Positions 1-10,969 of a stretch of 64,000 bases of DNA are shown one piece after another. The DNA comes from Caecitellus pseudoparvulus (taxonomy: Eukaryota; Protista; Bigyra: Bicosoecida). The number at the start of each line of letters is the position of its first letter. Positions within the stretch are counted from its first letter, which is position 1. Location: contig CBFFRQ010000031.1 of assembly GCA_965644315.1 (NCBI GenBank), positions 792,413-856,412 of the forward strand, read 5' to 3'. The notes under the pieces are model-generated. The model did no database searches. It saw only the letters and a list, made by a program, of their open reading frames with translations, and had not been told where the DNA came from. A program made the translations under genes and the position numbers.

Positions 1-204
1 AGGGTTGCCCAGGGCATCCACATCAAGAGAGTTTACTTGCTTGTTGTTTACACCGTTCCCGCACTCCCCGCACTGCAGGGAAGGGGTGTCAAAGTAGGAG
101 CCAGCGGCACACGTTGCGACGCTGAAGCTGTCGGACTGCCCGGACACGTGCACAGCAGCGAACGCGACTGCGAGGGCCAGCAGCAGGCAAACTTTCAGCT
201 GCAT
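1..204 (-). CDS. TMEM67: Probable meckelin (TMEM67/MKS3), 5' end only; runs off the window
   Basis: Not in the ORF track because there is no stop in the window. ATG at 204 reads MQLKVCLLLALAVAFAAVHVSGQSDSFSVATCAAGSYFDTPSLQCGECGNGVNNKQVNSLDVDALGNP: a signal peptide, then C-x4-YFD-x3-L-x-C-x2-C...D-x2-G, matching the start of the meckelin cysteine-rich domain. Only 68 codons are visible. Confidence 0.62.
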   Translation of the reverse strand, partial: MQLKVCLLLALAVAFAAVHVSGQSDSFSVATCAAGSYFDTPSLQCGECGNGVNNKQVNSLDVDALGNP

Positions 205-468
205 TCTTGTGTAAACGGAGCGTCTCACTGTCGCGGCCAAACTGGCCTTTGTCTGCCTGCTGCAGCCGGCACGCCAGCGAGCCCGTTGGCGTTCGTAACG
301 CCTCTGAAACGTTGGGGAGACACGCAAGACAGTGTCAAGCACGAGGCAAAAATGACGCAGAGGCGTGCACTGCGAGACTGAACGGCGCATGTATTTTGTG
401 AAAGGCTGGATGAATGTAGGTATCTAGTGCTCTCCAATTATCTCCTTTCTTGCAAACCAGCACTTCCA

Positions 469-2659
469 ATGAAACTGGGCGTTGTCCTGTCAGCGCTGTG
501 CGGCGTCGCATGGCTGAACGCGGCCACATCTCAGAGCAGTGGGGTTCTCACCATTCCCAGTGACGCCGAAGTTTCAACTGGCTCACGCAGTATTCCACCA
601 AGGGGCTGTACATGCCTGGATACACGTGACAGGTTCGTGTACCAGCGTTTCGCCACCGTTACGCCCTGCACCCACGAGGCTAGTTGCGTCCTACTCGCGC
701 AGTCCATGTGTCAAGTACGAGTGCTCTTGCACATGCGACTTAACAGCGGGGCAGTGTGACACCAACTGCTGCTGTGACAGCGAGGTGAGCGTGCGCGGCA
801 GGTTGCACGGCCCGTCGCGGCGGTATACACGGTGTGCCTTCCGACCTGCGCAGTGCACTGCAGACGAGGTGTCGGCATTCCGTGCTGCAGGGCAATGCCT
901 GCCCGAAGGGCCCGCAAATGCGACCTTCTTGCAGTGTGAGGACCTGGACTCTGATGCCAGCCTGGCCCAGGTGAATCCGAAGTACCGCATGGAGCTGCAG
1001 GAGCACAGCAGCCTGGATGCAGTCATGTGTGTCGCGGTGGTGAACAACCCGGTGGTGGGAAACTTCTTCACGGACCCCGTCCCCTCGGGCGACGCTGCCC
1101 TGGACCCCAGCACCTTTGACCGCTCTGACCTGGTGCTGGCAGGAGGGGCGTCGTTCGTCCCATCGTCCAGTGTGCCCACCGCGTCCACAGCCAGTTCATA
1201 CTCCGTGGGGGCCACCCTCACAGCGGCTCTGAACTCAAGCACTGGGACGCTGTCATCATACAATGGCAATGTGTTCGCCGTGTTGGGGAGCCCCGACTCT
1301 GGCTCCGCCTGCCCGCGGTACACCCCAGTTCGCTTCCGGGAGTCACTGGCTGGGGCTGCATGGGACGCCAACTCCATTCCACCTGCTGGCGGTGCAGTGT
1401 CATTGCCCCCCTCAGAGACGGTGCGCTGCACCTCCACAGGACCAGTGTCTTCCTCGCTGTGCTCTGCGCTGTCCCCGGCCTTGCTCGGTGACCGCCTGGT
1501 CATTGGGAGGGCGCCCAACGCAGTCCCCAGCGGTGGAGCTGCCGGCTACGTGTCCCCAGTCGTGACGAGAGTCTCCGTTCTAGATGCTTCCACGGGCACT
1601 GTTTCCGCTGGCACTGTAGGCCAAGCAGCTGTTGGGAGCAGTTTCAATGCCACCACTGGCGCTTGCACCAATGCGGCCGTGCAGGCCGCTCTTGAAGTCC
1701 AGTACTCCTCTGCAGGGCAGGTCACTGGAGCCACAGTGGAGTTGGTGCTGGCTGACCTGGTTCCCGCGTCAGCTTCAGCAGACTTTCCCTTCCAGGTGGC
1801 CAGGAGCGTGTCGTTCGCGGCGGACGCGGGAACGGCTGGCCAAGTGCAGCTCAGTGCCGGCGCTGGAAACTTGGTCTCTCGAAGACAAAGTGGGTCGCCT
1901 GGGTATGCACCCGGCGCCAACCTAATTGCAGGTGTCCAGTTGCAAGCAGGGGGTGCCATTCACGCAGACCAGACGGGACTGCTGCTGTACGCCGCTGGAG
2001 CTGGAGGCACTTGCGTCACGGACGCCACACTGTCGTCTGCAGCCCTGGCTGTCGTGCGGGTCAACGAGGATATGGCTCTCTCATGCGGCTTGGCTTTGGA
2101 CGCTGCCGGGCTGGCGGCGGCGTGCTCAGCGACTGAGCCCCCGGCAGCCGTGACTATGAACGCGACCCACGTGGGGGCACTGGGCAACGCCGACCCCCTC
2201 GTGCCTGCCGAGTGGGTGCCGCTATCACGCACGCCGACCTCGCAAGCAACCACTTTTGATGCTGACTCCCAGACTTGCCAGAACGTGGTGACAGGTCTGC
2301 ACCTGCAGTTCATGACTGCCTTCGTTGGCAAAGAGGGCAACGGCCAGCTGAAGGTGATCGCTGCCAGGGCATCCAACATCTTGGGAAGCTGGCAGTACTC
2401 CCGCACTGACGGGGGGAACCAGACATTCTCCGTCCAGAACGTTGTCAGCTGGGTGCACTTGCCCGACCAAGGGTTGCAAGAGTTGCTGCCGCCACCCCCC
2501 ACCATCATTCCCTCCCTGCCCTCCGATTTCTTCTACCCGTTCAAGATTCCCCGCACAAACGACCTTGTGATTTCAGCAGCAGAGGGGTCTGCTGTGCACT
2601 TGGGTGTTCTAGTGCCAGTGTGTTTGGCTGTGTTGGGTGTCCGCCTGTTTGCGCTGTGA
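469..2659 (+). CDS. TCTN1: Tectonic-family ciliary transition-zone protein (3 exons)
   Basis: ATG 469 with signal peptide MKLGVVLSALCGVAWLNAA. Introns 633-702 (GTTCGT..GCAG) and 785-853 (GTGAGC..GCAG) restore the tectonic motif CTCDLTAGQCDTNCCCDSE|C. Also has SGSPGY and the C-terminal LPSDFFYPF followed by a hydrophobic GPI/TM-like tail. Confidence 0.9.
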
Positions 2660-3029
2660 GAGAGGGCGGCATGGCCGGAGGACGACAATCAGCTACGCCC
2701 AGCAAAACAGAGCATTCACAGTGCTGACGCATGCAACACACCGCTACACATGCTTAGCGGGAGCGACGCCCTTGCTCGACGGTGGCTGTGGCCGTTCGGC
2801 GCCAGAATTCATTGGGGCAAGCAGCGGCGGCAAGGAAAGGGCCACCATTGCGTGTGCTCCACGCCGGGCAGGGAGATCTGCTCCAAGCAAGCTCCACAAC
2901 CACACCCGCTGAAAAACATCACGGATCACCCCCTTTCCACCCCTTTGCTATTTCACCACGTGCGGGTGGTCTACTGACCTCGTTTCCTCTGAGCAGCGTT
3001 GTGCGGAACTTGACCACGCCAAACCAGAC

Positions 3030-5558
3030 ATGGCTCGCGGACTGGGCACGTGGAGCACTCCCCTGGCATTCTCCTTGGCAGTCGCCATCACATCCTTGCT
3101 CTGGATGAATCGCTTTGCAGCTTTTGCATGGGTTTACCGGCAGGTTCAGTGGCCTGTTGCGTCTTTCATCTTCGTTGCCCCGCTGTCTGGAGCTGCTCTG
3201 GAGGATGTGAATGTCTTGAGTGGCGTCATCCTGTCGGTGTTGATTTCCACGACGATGATTTGGCTTGCAGTCAGGCGAGAAGAACTCTGGCAGGCGTTGG
3301 AGCACTTCTTGTACTATAAGTGGCAGCGCCTGGTCTTTCGCCACCTTGCCCTGTCCATGCTGCAGTCGCACGTCATGGTTCTCTTCGCCAAGACTGGCAC
3401 GATGCTGTGTGCGAGCGCATTCATCCCACCAGATCCTCACAGTGGCAGCCAAGAAGCAGTCGAAGCACAGGGTCTTCTTGATGCCCTCTTTCCGACGCTG
3501 CTGCAAGTGACAGCCTCCATGCTGTGGGTGGCAAGCAATACCCCGCTCCTAGTTGACTCCAGGGGGCGAAGGCGAGGAACAGTGCAGGGAATCTCCCGCT
3601 TCGCCTGGTTTTTTAGCCTGGGATTCCTTCGAACTGCGCCATGGTTGCGCTTAATGTCGTCCCCTGGCCTCTTCGTACACCTGGCCACATGGTTTCCGCT
3701 GCCTGTGCTGCTGCTGGGACTGGCAGCAGCCCTTCCAAGTCTCTTCCTCGGCGCCCACCTCATGGTCAAGGACAACGCCGCCTTCTCATTCCTGTCCCTT
3801 CTGGCACTGAATTGTGGCAATGTCCTCGCCACTCTGTGGGCGGCACGGGCAGGCCGCCAGCTCGCCGTGGCGGTGGAAGGGCAAGCTCGCCTCCCAACCT
3901 GGGAAGCGCAGGATATCCCTGTGCTATCCCAAGCGTCCTTGCACCTAGCACTGATACTCGGTGCGTGTATTCTGGGGTACATCTACTTCAGTGCCTTTTA
4001 CACCATGTTCCTCATGTCTCCCTTGCTGTCATGTGAGTGGGAGGGTTTGTCCCTGCGCCAGTTGCAGGTGTTGCGCGAGCCTCAGCTTGTGACTTCCCTT
4101 CGAAACTTCTATCGGAACTTCGGGCGGAAGACGGCGGAAGCTTTAGGGATCGTTTCAGGAGGAGCAGAGGCCAGCACGACTCCTGATGCCCCGCGCTCAA
4201 GGCTGGATGCAGCACGAGATGGGAGCTTGGTGCTGCACTTGCTCGAGCTCGCGCACGGGACCCGGCAGCTGTTCAAGGCAAAGCAGCACATTTCACTGAA
4301 GGTTCACTGCGTTGGAACTGTGCAGAACTTCAGCTCACGACCAGTGCAAATTGCTGGCTTGCAGCTGCAGCTGTTCGTCCACCTGCGCAGGGCACGCCGC
4401 GGGCGAGGTGGCCACAGCACCGCCACTCGCTCCGTGGACTCTGCTTTTCAGACAGTGCCTGGATCGCCTGCAGCTGTGGGTGCGGCACCCACCCTAGCAG
4501 ATGATGTGCTCACTCTCCTGTCTCTCCCCTTTCGTGCAGTTCGAGCAGCTGGGGGAGCAGTGGCCTCTACTTGCGCAGGGCTGTTGCCGGCAGCGGCGCG
4601 GGAAGCCCTAGCAGATGCGTTTGTCTGGAACGCGGACCTCGATGAGAAGCAACTACGGCTCGCTGATGTGCGAGTTGAGCCCTTCTCCCTCCCCGCTGGA
4701 AGCCACTCAGTGCCCCTTACCCTCACCGTGTCATTCGCGGCACACAGTTTGCTGCGGCTGGTTCGGCAGGTGTCATCAGGCGGCGAGGGTGTGCATGCTG
4801 TGGAGCTGAGGATGATCCAGGCCTCCCCCATATCTGACTCATTGTCATACACGTTTCCTCTTGTCACAGTGTCGAACCGGACGGTCTGGTCGGCTGTGCA
4901 GAGTGCCGAGCGCAGCGTGGGCAACACCATGGCAGATGTGCAGCGCCTGGAGGAGATCCACACGACGCTGTGCAGGGAGGTTGGCAGGCTGCGGCAGAGT
5001 GAAGTGGACAGCGCCGCCCCCGAGGCAGCAGCCATCCTTCAGCAGCTGTCCAAGAGCATGGCAGGCGTGACTGCCAGCGCCCATCGATACCAAGCCGAGA
5101 TGTCTGCCATTGCCCATGGGGCGTACGGCGGCGTGCCTGTTGAGGCTGAGGACGCCATGGAGTCGATGAAGGACCACTTGCTGGCGTGTGCAGTGAGTCT
5201 GGCCCAGTTGAAATTGTGCCAGGACACAGTCGACGAAGCAAGTTCTGGGACGCCGGGCGCCCGGCCGTTTCACGTTGCGTTGCTGCAGTTCGCACAGTGC
5301 TTGCTGGAGGTCTTCCCGGCTGCAGTGCTTCGAAGCTTACCTTCATCACGCTCTTCAGGCAAGCACGAGCGGGCCCTTTTCTCCCTCGGGAGCAGCATGT
5401 TGCTGGCAGTGCTGCAAGGTGTGGCCTTCCCGGAGCATGTCGCGCAGATGGTGGATCACAACTTGGCTGGCTCAGCAGATGCCACTTCATCCGCCGCCGA
5501 GGAGGCACCCACACCAGCGACGCCCATGGGTGCATCAGAGGGTAACCCTTCACAGTAA
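3030..5558 (+). CDS. Multi-pass membrane protein of unknown function, with a possible LEA_2/WHy-like beta domain
   Basis: 842-aa ORF with host-like codon use. The first ~330 aa contain several hydrophobic segments. The stretch GTVQNFSSRPVQIAGLQLQLF...VEPFSLPAGSHSVPLTLTV resembles LEA_2-type strands (weak). Confidence 0.65.
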   Translation: MARGLGTWSTPLAFSLAVAITSLLWMNRFAAFAWVYRQVQWPVASFIFVAPLSGAALEDVNVLSGVILSVLISTTMIWLAVRREELWQALEHFLYYKWQRLVFRHLALSMLQSHVMVLFAKTGTMLCASAFIPPDPHSGSQEAVEAQGLLDALFPTLLQVTASMLWVASNTPLLVDSRGRRRGTVQGISRFAWFFSLGFLRTAPWLRLMSSPGLFVHLATWFPLPVLLLGLAAALPSLFLGAHLMVKDNAAFSFLSLLALNCGNVLATLWAARAGRQLAVAVEGQARLPTWEAQDIPVLSQASLHLALILGACILGYIYFSAFYTMFLMSPLLSCEWEGLSLRQLQVLREPQLVTSLRNFYRNFGRKTAEALGIVSGGAEASTTPDAPRSRLDAARDGSLVLHLLELAHGTRQLFKAKQHISLKVHCVGTVQNFSSRPVQIAGLQLQLFVHLRRARRGRGGHSTATRSVDSAFQTVPGSPAAVGAAPTLADDVLTLLSLPFRAVRAAGGAVASTCAGLLPAAAREALADAFVWNADLDEKQLRLADVRVEPFSLPAGSHSVPLTLTVSFAAHSLLRLVRQVSSGGEGVHAVELRMIQASPISDSLSYTFPLVTVSNRTVWSAVQSAERSVGNTMADVQRLEEIHTTLCREVGRLRQSEVDSAAPEAAAILQQLSKSMAGVTASAHRYQAEMSAIAHGAYGGVPVEAEDAMESMKDHLLACAVSLAQLKLCQDTVDEASSGTPGARPFHVALLQFAQCLLEVFPAAVLRSLPSSRSSGKHERALFSLGSSMLLAVLQGVAFPEHVAQMVDHNLAGSADATSSAAEEAPTPATPMGASEGNPSQ

Positions 5559-5782
5559 GCTCAAGCGATGGGCGAAGGCACCTTGCGGCCCGCTACCCTT
5601 GCTCGAGGCAAGCTGGTCCACTGCGGGTGAACTGCCCACCACATCTGCGCAAAATCCAGACATCCACGCAATGCATACGGTGCCCCACCACAGCCGCAGG
5701 TTTGGCTGGGCCTTTCGAAACCATTTCGCAGGCAAGTTCGCCACCCCCTCCCAAGCCCTGCACCTGCGCCCCCAGGCGGGCC

Positions 5783-7950
5783 ATGGCGTCTGCCGCGGCC
5801 GGGCCGTCTGCGCCAGCTGATCTCAGGCAGCTTCCGCGTGGCCTGGCCCGCAAGCTGCGCCGTAACCCGCACATTGGCGCAGTTCTCCACGCCCCATCAT
5901 CACCCAGCACACTCCAGAGTGTGGAGGATGATGTGGATGGGCCTGATCAACGCTACGCAGCAACGATTGGGGCAGTTGATCAGCGGACTATCACGTGGGT
6001 GGAGCATGGCAGCGTTTCGCCGCACCCCGCCTACCTCACCCTGGCTCTTGCCTGTGCAGCGGGAACCCCTTCATAGGATCAGTGGCCCATGCTCACTCCA
6101 GCCAGTCAGAGAAAAGTGCACTGAGGTTCCTGCGCTTCGACGGCTCTTCACTGCAGAGCACCCCGACGCCCATGCTGGTGGCTCTGTCACCCGTGCTAGA
6201 AGGTGGCCCATCCCCCCCAGCCCCAGTGCCAGCAATTGTGGTGAACATGCTGGCACCCGCGCCAGATGCCACAGTTGATAGTGAAATGGGCTCAGTTTCA
6301 TGTGCTGAGGGGCTTGCCACCCCCAGGAAGGCTGGCGGACTGCCAGTGCGCTTGAGCGTGCTGGAGGCCGGCAACAGCCCCGCCTGCACTCAACTGTTGC
6401 AGGGACAGGGCTACAATACCTTGCCCAGCAGGACCAGGTCTGCCTCTAGTTCCACATGCGCCAGCGTGTTGTCGGCGGACTCTGCCCCAGCAGCCCGGCT
6501 GGCCCACTCACCCTCGACGTCGGCCAGCTCCGAAGCAGTGTTGGAGCTGCAGGCCAGGTGGCGGAGGTTGGATGCAATGGGGCAAGGGGCACGCCCATTC
6601 TTGCTGAGCATGGTGGAATCCTCCCCGACGCCCCGCACGGAGGGCGGACACGGACCCCAGCTCCCTGGGCCAGTCGCCTCGCCGGTTGTGGGCGAGACGG
6701 CCGCAACGTCTCCACGAGCAGCGGCAGGGCCGAGTACAGCGCCAGCATCCGCAGAAGGCGGCGCTTCGTCCGAGGAGCTGTCCATTTTACCACCAGACTC
6801 TATTCAGCTCACTTCTCTGGTGCCTGTGACCCCGTGGGCGGGCTTGCCTCCAGAAGGTCGAGCTCGCGCAGGCACAGACGACAGCGACCTGTTGCAAGTG
6901 TCCACTCCAGAGGTGGGAGCAGATAGCACTCGCTCTGTGGTCACCATGCCCCGTACTGGGTGTGTGAAAGTGGACGTCACAGCTCCAGTGCTGGACACTG
7001 GCGTGCTCTGTTTCTGCACAGGGCAGCTTGAAGCCAAGTACAGCGTTGGGAAAGGCGTCGGCGATGGTGGCTATGCCGTGGTGAAGATGGCCATCCACCG
7101 AGAGCTTGGGACGCAGCATGCAGTGAAGTTTATCAGGAAGCGTCTCCTCTTCACAGAGGAGGAGCGCGCCAGCGTGAAGCGAGAGGTGGACATTCACGTC
7201 GGCCTGCGCCACGAGAATGTCGTCCGACTGTCCGAAGCATACGAAGACGAGAAGCATGCTATGCTTGTGATGGAGTGGGTGCCAGGGGGGTCTTTGCAAT
7301 CCTTGTTAAAGCGACGTGCCCGTAAGGTGGTGCCCGTGGACCAAGTGCGGGTTGTTGTGAAGCAAGTTGTGGCAGCCTTGAAGTACCTGCATTCCAAGCA
7401 AATCGTGCACGGAGACTTGAAGCCTGAGAACATCCTCATCGGTGTGCAGGAGTTTGCAGCACACACATCCATGGGGCAGTCCCGCGGTGCAGCTGCCTCC
7501 ACGGGTGCAGGGGCAAAGTGGGCGTCGCTGGGGCCCATGACCAAGGTGAAGCTGTGCGACTTTGGGAACGCCCGCCGTAGCCGAGATGCGAGGTACTTCA
7601 AAACGACGGGAAGTGTGGGACTCGTGCCCTTCTCGGAAGTGCACGGTACCATGGGCTACATTGCCCCCGAGGTGCTCGGGCAGCAGCACTACTCCCACCC
7701 TGTTGACATGTGGGCGCTGGGAGTGTTGACGTTCACCTTGCTGTCAGGGCAGCCCCCCTTCCGCCCGTACCACAACTGCCAAGTGAAGAATGCCGCCTTC
7801 GATGCAGCCGCTTGGCAAAGCATCCCTTCCTCCGCAGTGGACTTCTGTGCGCACTGTCTGCGTCGCCAGCCGAACAAGCGGCTGACAGCCAAGGCCGCGC
7901 TGCAACACCCGTGGATCGCCGGCGACCGAAAAGGAGCTGCACTGATTTGA
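5783..7950 (+). CDS. CAMK-group Ser/Thr protein kinase with a long low-complexity N-terminus (2 exons)
   Basis: ATG 5783; intron 5995-6059 (GTGGGT..TGCAG) joins the 5627 and 5995 frames. Motifs: GDGGYAVV, AVKFI, HENVVRL, HGDLKPENIL, DFG, GTMGYIAPE, DMWALG, RLTAKAALQHPW. Confidence 0.9.
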
Positions 7951-7986
7951 CCAATGCATTCGTCTGCCATGTGGGTGGCGCCTGCG

Positions 7987-10767
7987 TCAATATTCACCCG
8001 ATGGCGCGCCGACCTCTGCGAGGAGCCGCGACACCCCTCCTTGCAACTGTGGGAATGCTTGGGAAAGCTTCTCGAGGGTATACAGGACGTTCTCCGTGGC
8101 CTCAGATGTGCACGCCGCTTCGACAATGGCCTCCATGCCCTCACCTCCTGGAGTGTCTGCCACTTCAGCTGCCAGGGATGCGGCTTGCCGAACTGCAATG
8201 GCTTCGGAGGCTTGCGCAGCCTTGACTTCCTCCTGCACTGCCGATTGCGTTGCCATGAGGTGCTTGCACTGCCCCTCAAGTGTGGTCGCTTGCTCCTGAA
8301 GGTCTGCTGACTTGCCCTGGTGCTCTGTCAGCAGTGCAGCAACCCGTTGCAGCTCCCGTTTCGAGGCAAAAACTGCGTCGGTGATGTCCCTGTTCTGCCT
8401 CTCCAGGGGCTTGAGTTGTTGGCCTGCGGGGGTCTTCTCGTCAGCTTTGTGGAACGATGACCGAAACTCGGTGTTTCGGACAGTCAGCTGCTTTAAAGTG
8501 TTCACGAGTGCCTTGATCTCTTTCTCTGTGCGCCGCACGGCGGCGTCCAGCTCGTCACCCTGGCGCTGCAGCTCCTCCCGCTTCTTCGCGTTCTGAATGA
8601 CAAAGTATGCCTGTGACTTGGGGGCTCCATCCTCATCGGAGCCGCGAAAGCGAGAGCACACCGTCTCGTACTTGGCCTTCAGTTTGTCCACACGCATGCG
8701 CCTCGCATTCACATCAGCGGCCAGGCGGCGGCGCTCCTCCTCCGCGAGGCGCACGTTGGCACGCTGCACTTCTTGGTGGGCTGCAATCTCACGCATGCGC
8801 TCTTCACGCGACATCTCCAGCTGCGCCTTGCGGTTTTCAAGCGAGAACAAGTCGTCGCTGGTGCGTGAGAGCGCATCCCGAAGCTTGCGCACTTCCAGCT
8901 TCAGCACGTCGTGCTCCACCATGGCCTCCTCCTTGGCCTTGACGTGCCCTTTAAAGGCCGTGCCGGCAATGCGGTTCTTCAGCATGAGCTCATCACTTTT
9001 GCTCTGCATGTCTGCAAGGGCTTGCGTAAGCTCCTTCTCGGAGCGCGCCGTGGCCTTCACCTCCTCCTGCAGCGACTTGCACTGCTCCTTCAACTTCTTG
9101 TCCTCTGCAGCCACTTCTGCAAGTTCCTCGTTCAACTCGTCGATGCGGCCCTGCAGCAGGCGCTTCTCTTCGTCAGACCGCTCGCCCTTGGCTCGGGCCA
9201 CCTTGCGCTCCATCTGCTGAATCTGAAACTCTGCAGAGTACACGAGCTCCTGCTGCCACAGGGCCTGCTGGTCCAGCTGGTGGATCTTGTGGGACAGGTT
9301 CTTGGAGCTCGCCTGCGCGCCCGAGATTTCCGCAATGTAGTTGCTCTCAGCCTGGCGCAGCTTGAACAGGGACTGGCTCTGCTTGAAGGTGGACTCCTTC
9401 AGCGCCTCCAACGCCTTCATCACCCCCTCCAGCGCCTCCTCCTGGGCCTTGAGATCGCCCTCCCGGTGCACAGCCACCGCTTCCACTTTCCCAGTGTGCT
9501 CGCTGGCTGCATCCAAGCGCCCCTGCGTGGCAGTGAGGCGTGCTTTGCTGCGCTCCAGGGCCGCCTTGCTCTCCTCCACTGCCGCGGTGGCATTCTCAGC
9601 CTCCACCTTCACCTGCGCAAGCTCAGAGGCAGCCTTGCTGAGCTCGCTCTTCAACAAGTCCACTTCATCCTGGAAAGCCTCCAGCTTCTTCTGGGCAGCA
9701 AGGTACACTTCCCGTTGGGCAGCCTGGGAGCGGTTCCGGGCCTCGATGGCCACCTCGAACTCCTTGTTCTCCGCAACTTGTCGCTGGTGCCGCCGCTCCA
9801 GGTCCTTGATGGCAGCCCGCCGCTCAAGCAAGCGCCCTTTGGCATCAGCGAAGCCCTCGCTCGCAGAGATCACATCCTGGTCTCGCTTGCGGATGGCATC
9901 GATGCTGGCTTGCCACTTGCCGACCAGTTCCTGCCGCTCAGCATGCAGCAAGCGGAAGTCCTCTGCAGTCTTGTCCACTTCAATTTGCCTGGCCTGGGTC
10001 TCCGTGATCTCCTTCTCCAGCTCTCGCCGCCGATCTGCAACGCCCTGCTCCAGGCGCTCCAGCTCCAGCGTCAGCTCCTTCACCTTGGCAGAGTCGGCCT
10101 TCGTGTACTTGTCCAACGCAGCGTTGTCTTCCTCCTTCTGCTTCGCAGCCACCGCCCACTGCTCGAGTTGCTCCTGGTTGAAACTCATCTTCTCCTTGAA
10201 GGCCTCCAGCCGCTCTTGTCCGCGGTGCAAATCACTTTGGGCGGATGACAAACGATCTTGAATCGTTGTGGCTTCCTCGTCCAATTTCCGCAGATCTCGT
10301 CGAACCCGACCGATCTCCCGCTCAGACAGCTGCTTCAGGTGGTCCTCCGTCTCCAGCTCCCGAGTTTTAGTCGTCAGGAGAGCCTGTGTGTGCTGCAGCT
10401 CCTGCCGCACCTGCTTCACGTGAGCAGCCATCACTGTAATTCTCTCCTTGTGCTCACTGGCGTTTCGCTCCGCACGCGCCAGCTCCCGCTCCTTCAGCAA
10501 GATGTCCTCATGCAGCTGGCGGTTGGCAGCGCTCGCGAACTCAGGCAAGTCGTCATCCCCACCATCATCTGACTCATCTCCATCTCCAAGGGGCATCGTG
10601 GCCAGCAGCGCGCTGACATCCACGTCTCCATCTTCCCCAACTTCACCGCCTCCTTCGGCTGCACTGGCCCAGCGCGGCGCTCCGCCTTGGGCTGCCAGGC
10701 CACCTTCGCCCCCCTCGCCGCTGGCAGCAGCACCAGCGGCGGGAGACCCGTGGTCTGAATCATCCAT
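7987..10767 (-). CDS. CCDC39: Coiled-coil domain-containing protein 39 (axonemal 96-nm ruler, FAP59)
   Basis: Likely ATG at 10767 (MDDSDHG). All coiled-coil, with family-typical segments ETEDHLKQL, QEQLEQWA..KEEDN..L.KY, QQELVYSAEFQIQQMERKVARAKGERS and SQAYFVIQNAKKREELQRQGDELDA. Confidence 0.9.
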   Translation of the reverse strand: MDDSDHGSPAAGAAASGEGGEGGLAAQGGAPRWASAAEGGGEVGEDGDVDVSALLATMPLGDGDESDDGGDDDLPEFASAANRQLHEDILLKERELARAERNASEHKERITVMAAHVKQVRQELQHTQALLTTKTRELETEDHLKQLSEREIGRVRRDLRKLDEEATTIQDRLSSAQSDLHRGQERLEAFKEKMSFNQEQLEQWAVAAKQKEEDNAALDKYTKADSAKVKELTLELERLEQGVADRRRELEKEITETQARQIEVDKTAEDFRLLHAERQELVGKWQASIDAIRKRDQDVISASEGFADAKGRLLERRAAIKDLERRHQRQVAENKEFEVAIEARNRSQAAQREVYLAAQKKLEAFQDEVDLLKSELSKAASELAQVKVEAENATAAVEESKAALERSKARLTATQGRLDAASEHTGKVEAVAVHREGDLKAQEEALEGVMKALEALKESTFKQSQSLFKLRQAESNYIAEISGAQASSKNLSHKIHQLDQQALWQQELVYSAEFQIQQMERKVARAKGERSDEEKRLLQGRIDELNEELAEVAAEDKKLKEQCKSLQEEVKATARSEKELTQALADMQSKSDELMLKNRIAGTAFKGHVKAKEEAMVEHDVLKLEVRKLRDALSRTSDDLFSLENRKAQLEMSREERMREIAAHQEVQRANVRLAEEERRRLAADVNARRMRVDKLKAKYETVCSRFRGSDEDGAPKSQAYFVIQNAKKREELQRQGDELDAAVRRTEKEIKALVNTLKQLTVRNTEFRSSFHKADEKTPAGQQLKPLERQNRDITDAVFASKRELQRVAALLTEHQGKSADLQEQATTLEGQCKHLMATQSAVQEEVKAAQASEAIAVRQAASLAAEVADTPGGEGMEAIVEAACTSEATENVLYTLEKLSQAFPQLQGGVSRLLAEVGAPSGEY

Positions 10768-10969
10768 GGCGCTGCTCCCTGAAGGCCAGATGTGTGTGCA
10801 TGCTCCGGATTGTTGAATGTGGCGGGACTCGATACCTGTGCTCCCCCATCTGTCGCTGCCGGCAGAAGTGTGGACCTGGTAAAAAGGCAACGCCACTTAG
10901 CTCGCTGCTGTCGAAGTACTGCTTGTCGTTGCGAAGCCTTCATCTTCTTGGTTCCGCACAGCACCAAAG

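Noticed and set aside
284-298. X-box-like GTTGGCGTTCGTAAC between the two transition-zone genes
   Set aside because: Mismatches in both half-sites, and no evidence that this lineage has RFX factors.
8911-10248. Long antisense or alternative-frame ORFs (also 16769-17860, 21107-22729, 23873-25156, 29048-30421, 32855-34402, 39391-40737, 44746-46602)
   Set aside because: Shadow ORFs of GC-rich genes that have clear identities on the other strand; no motifs of their own.
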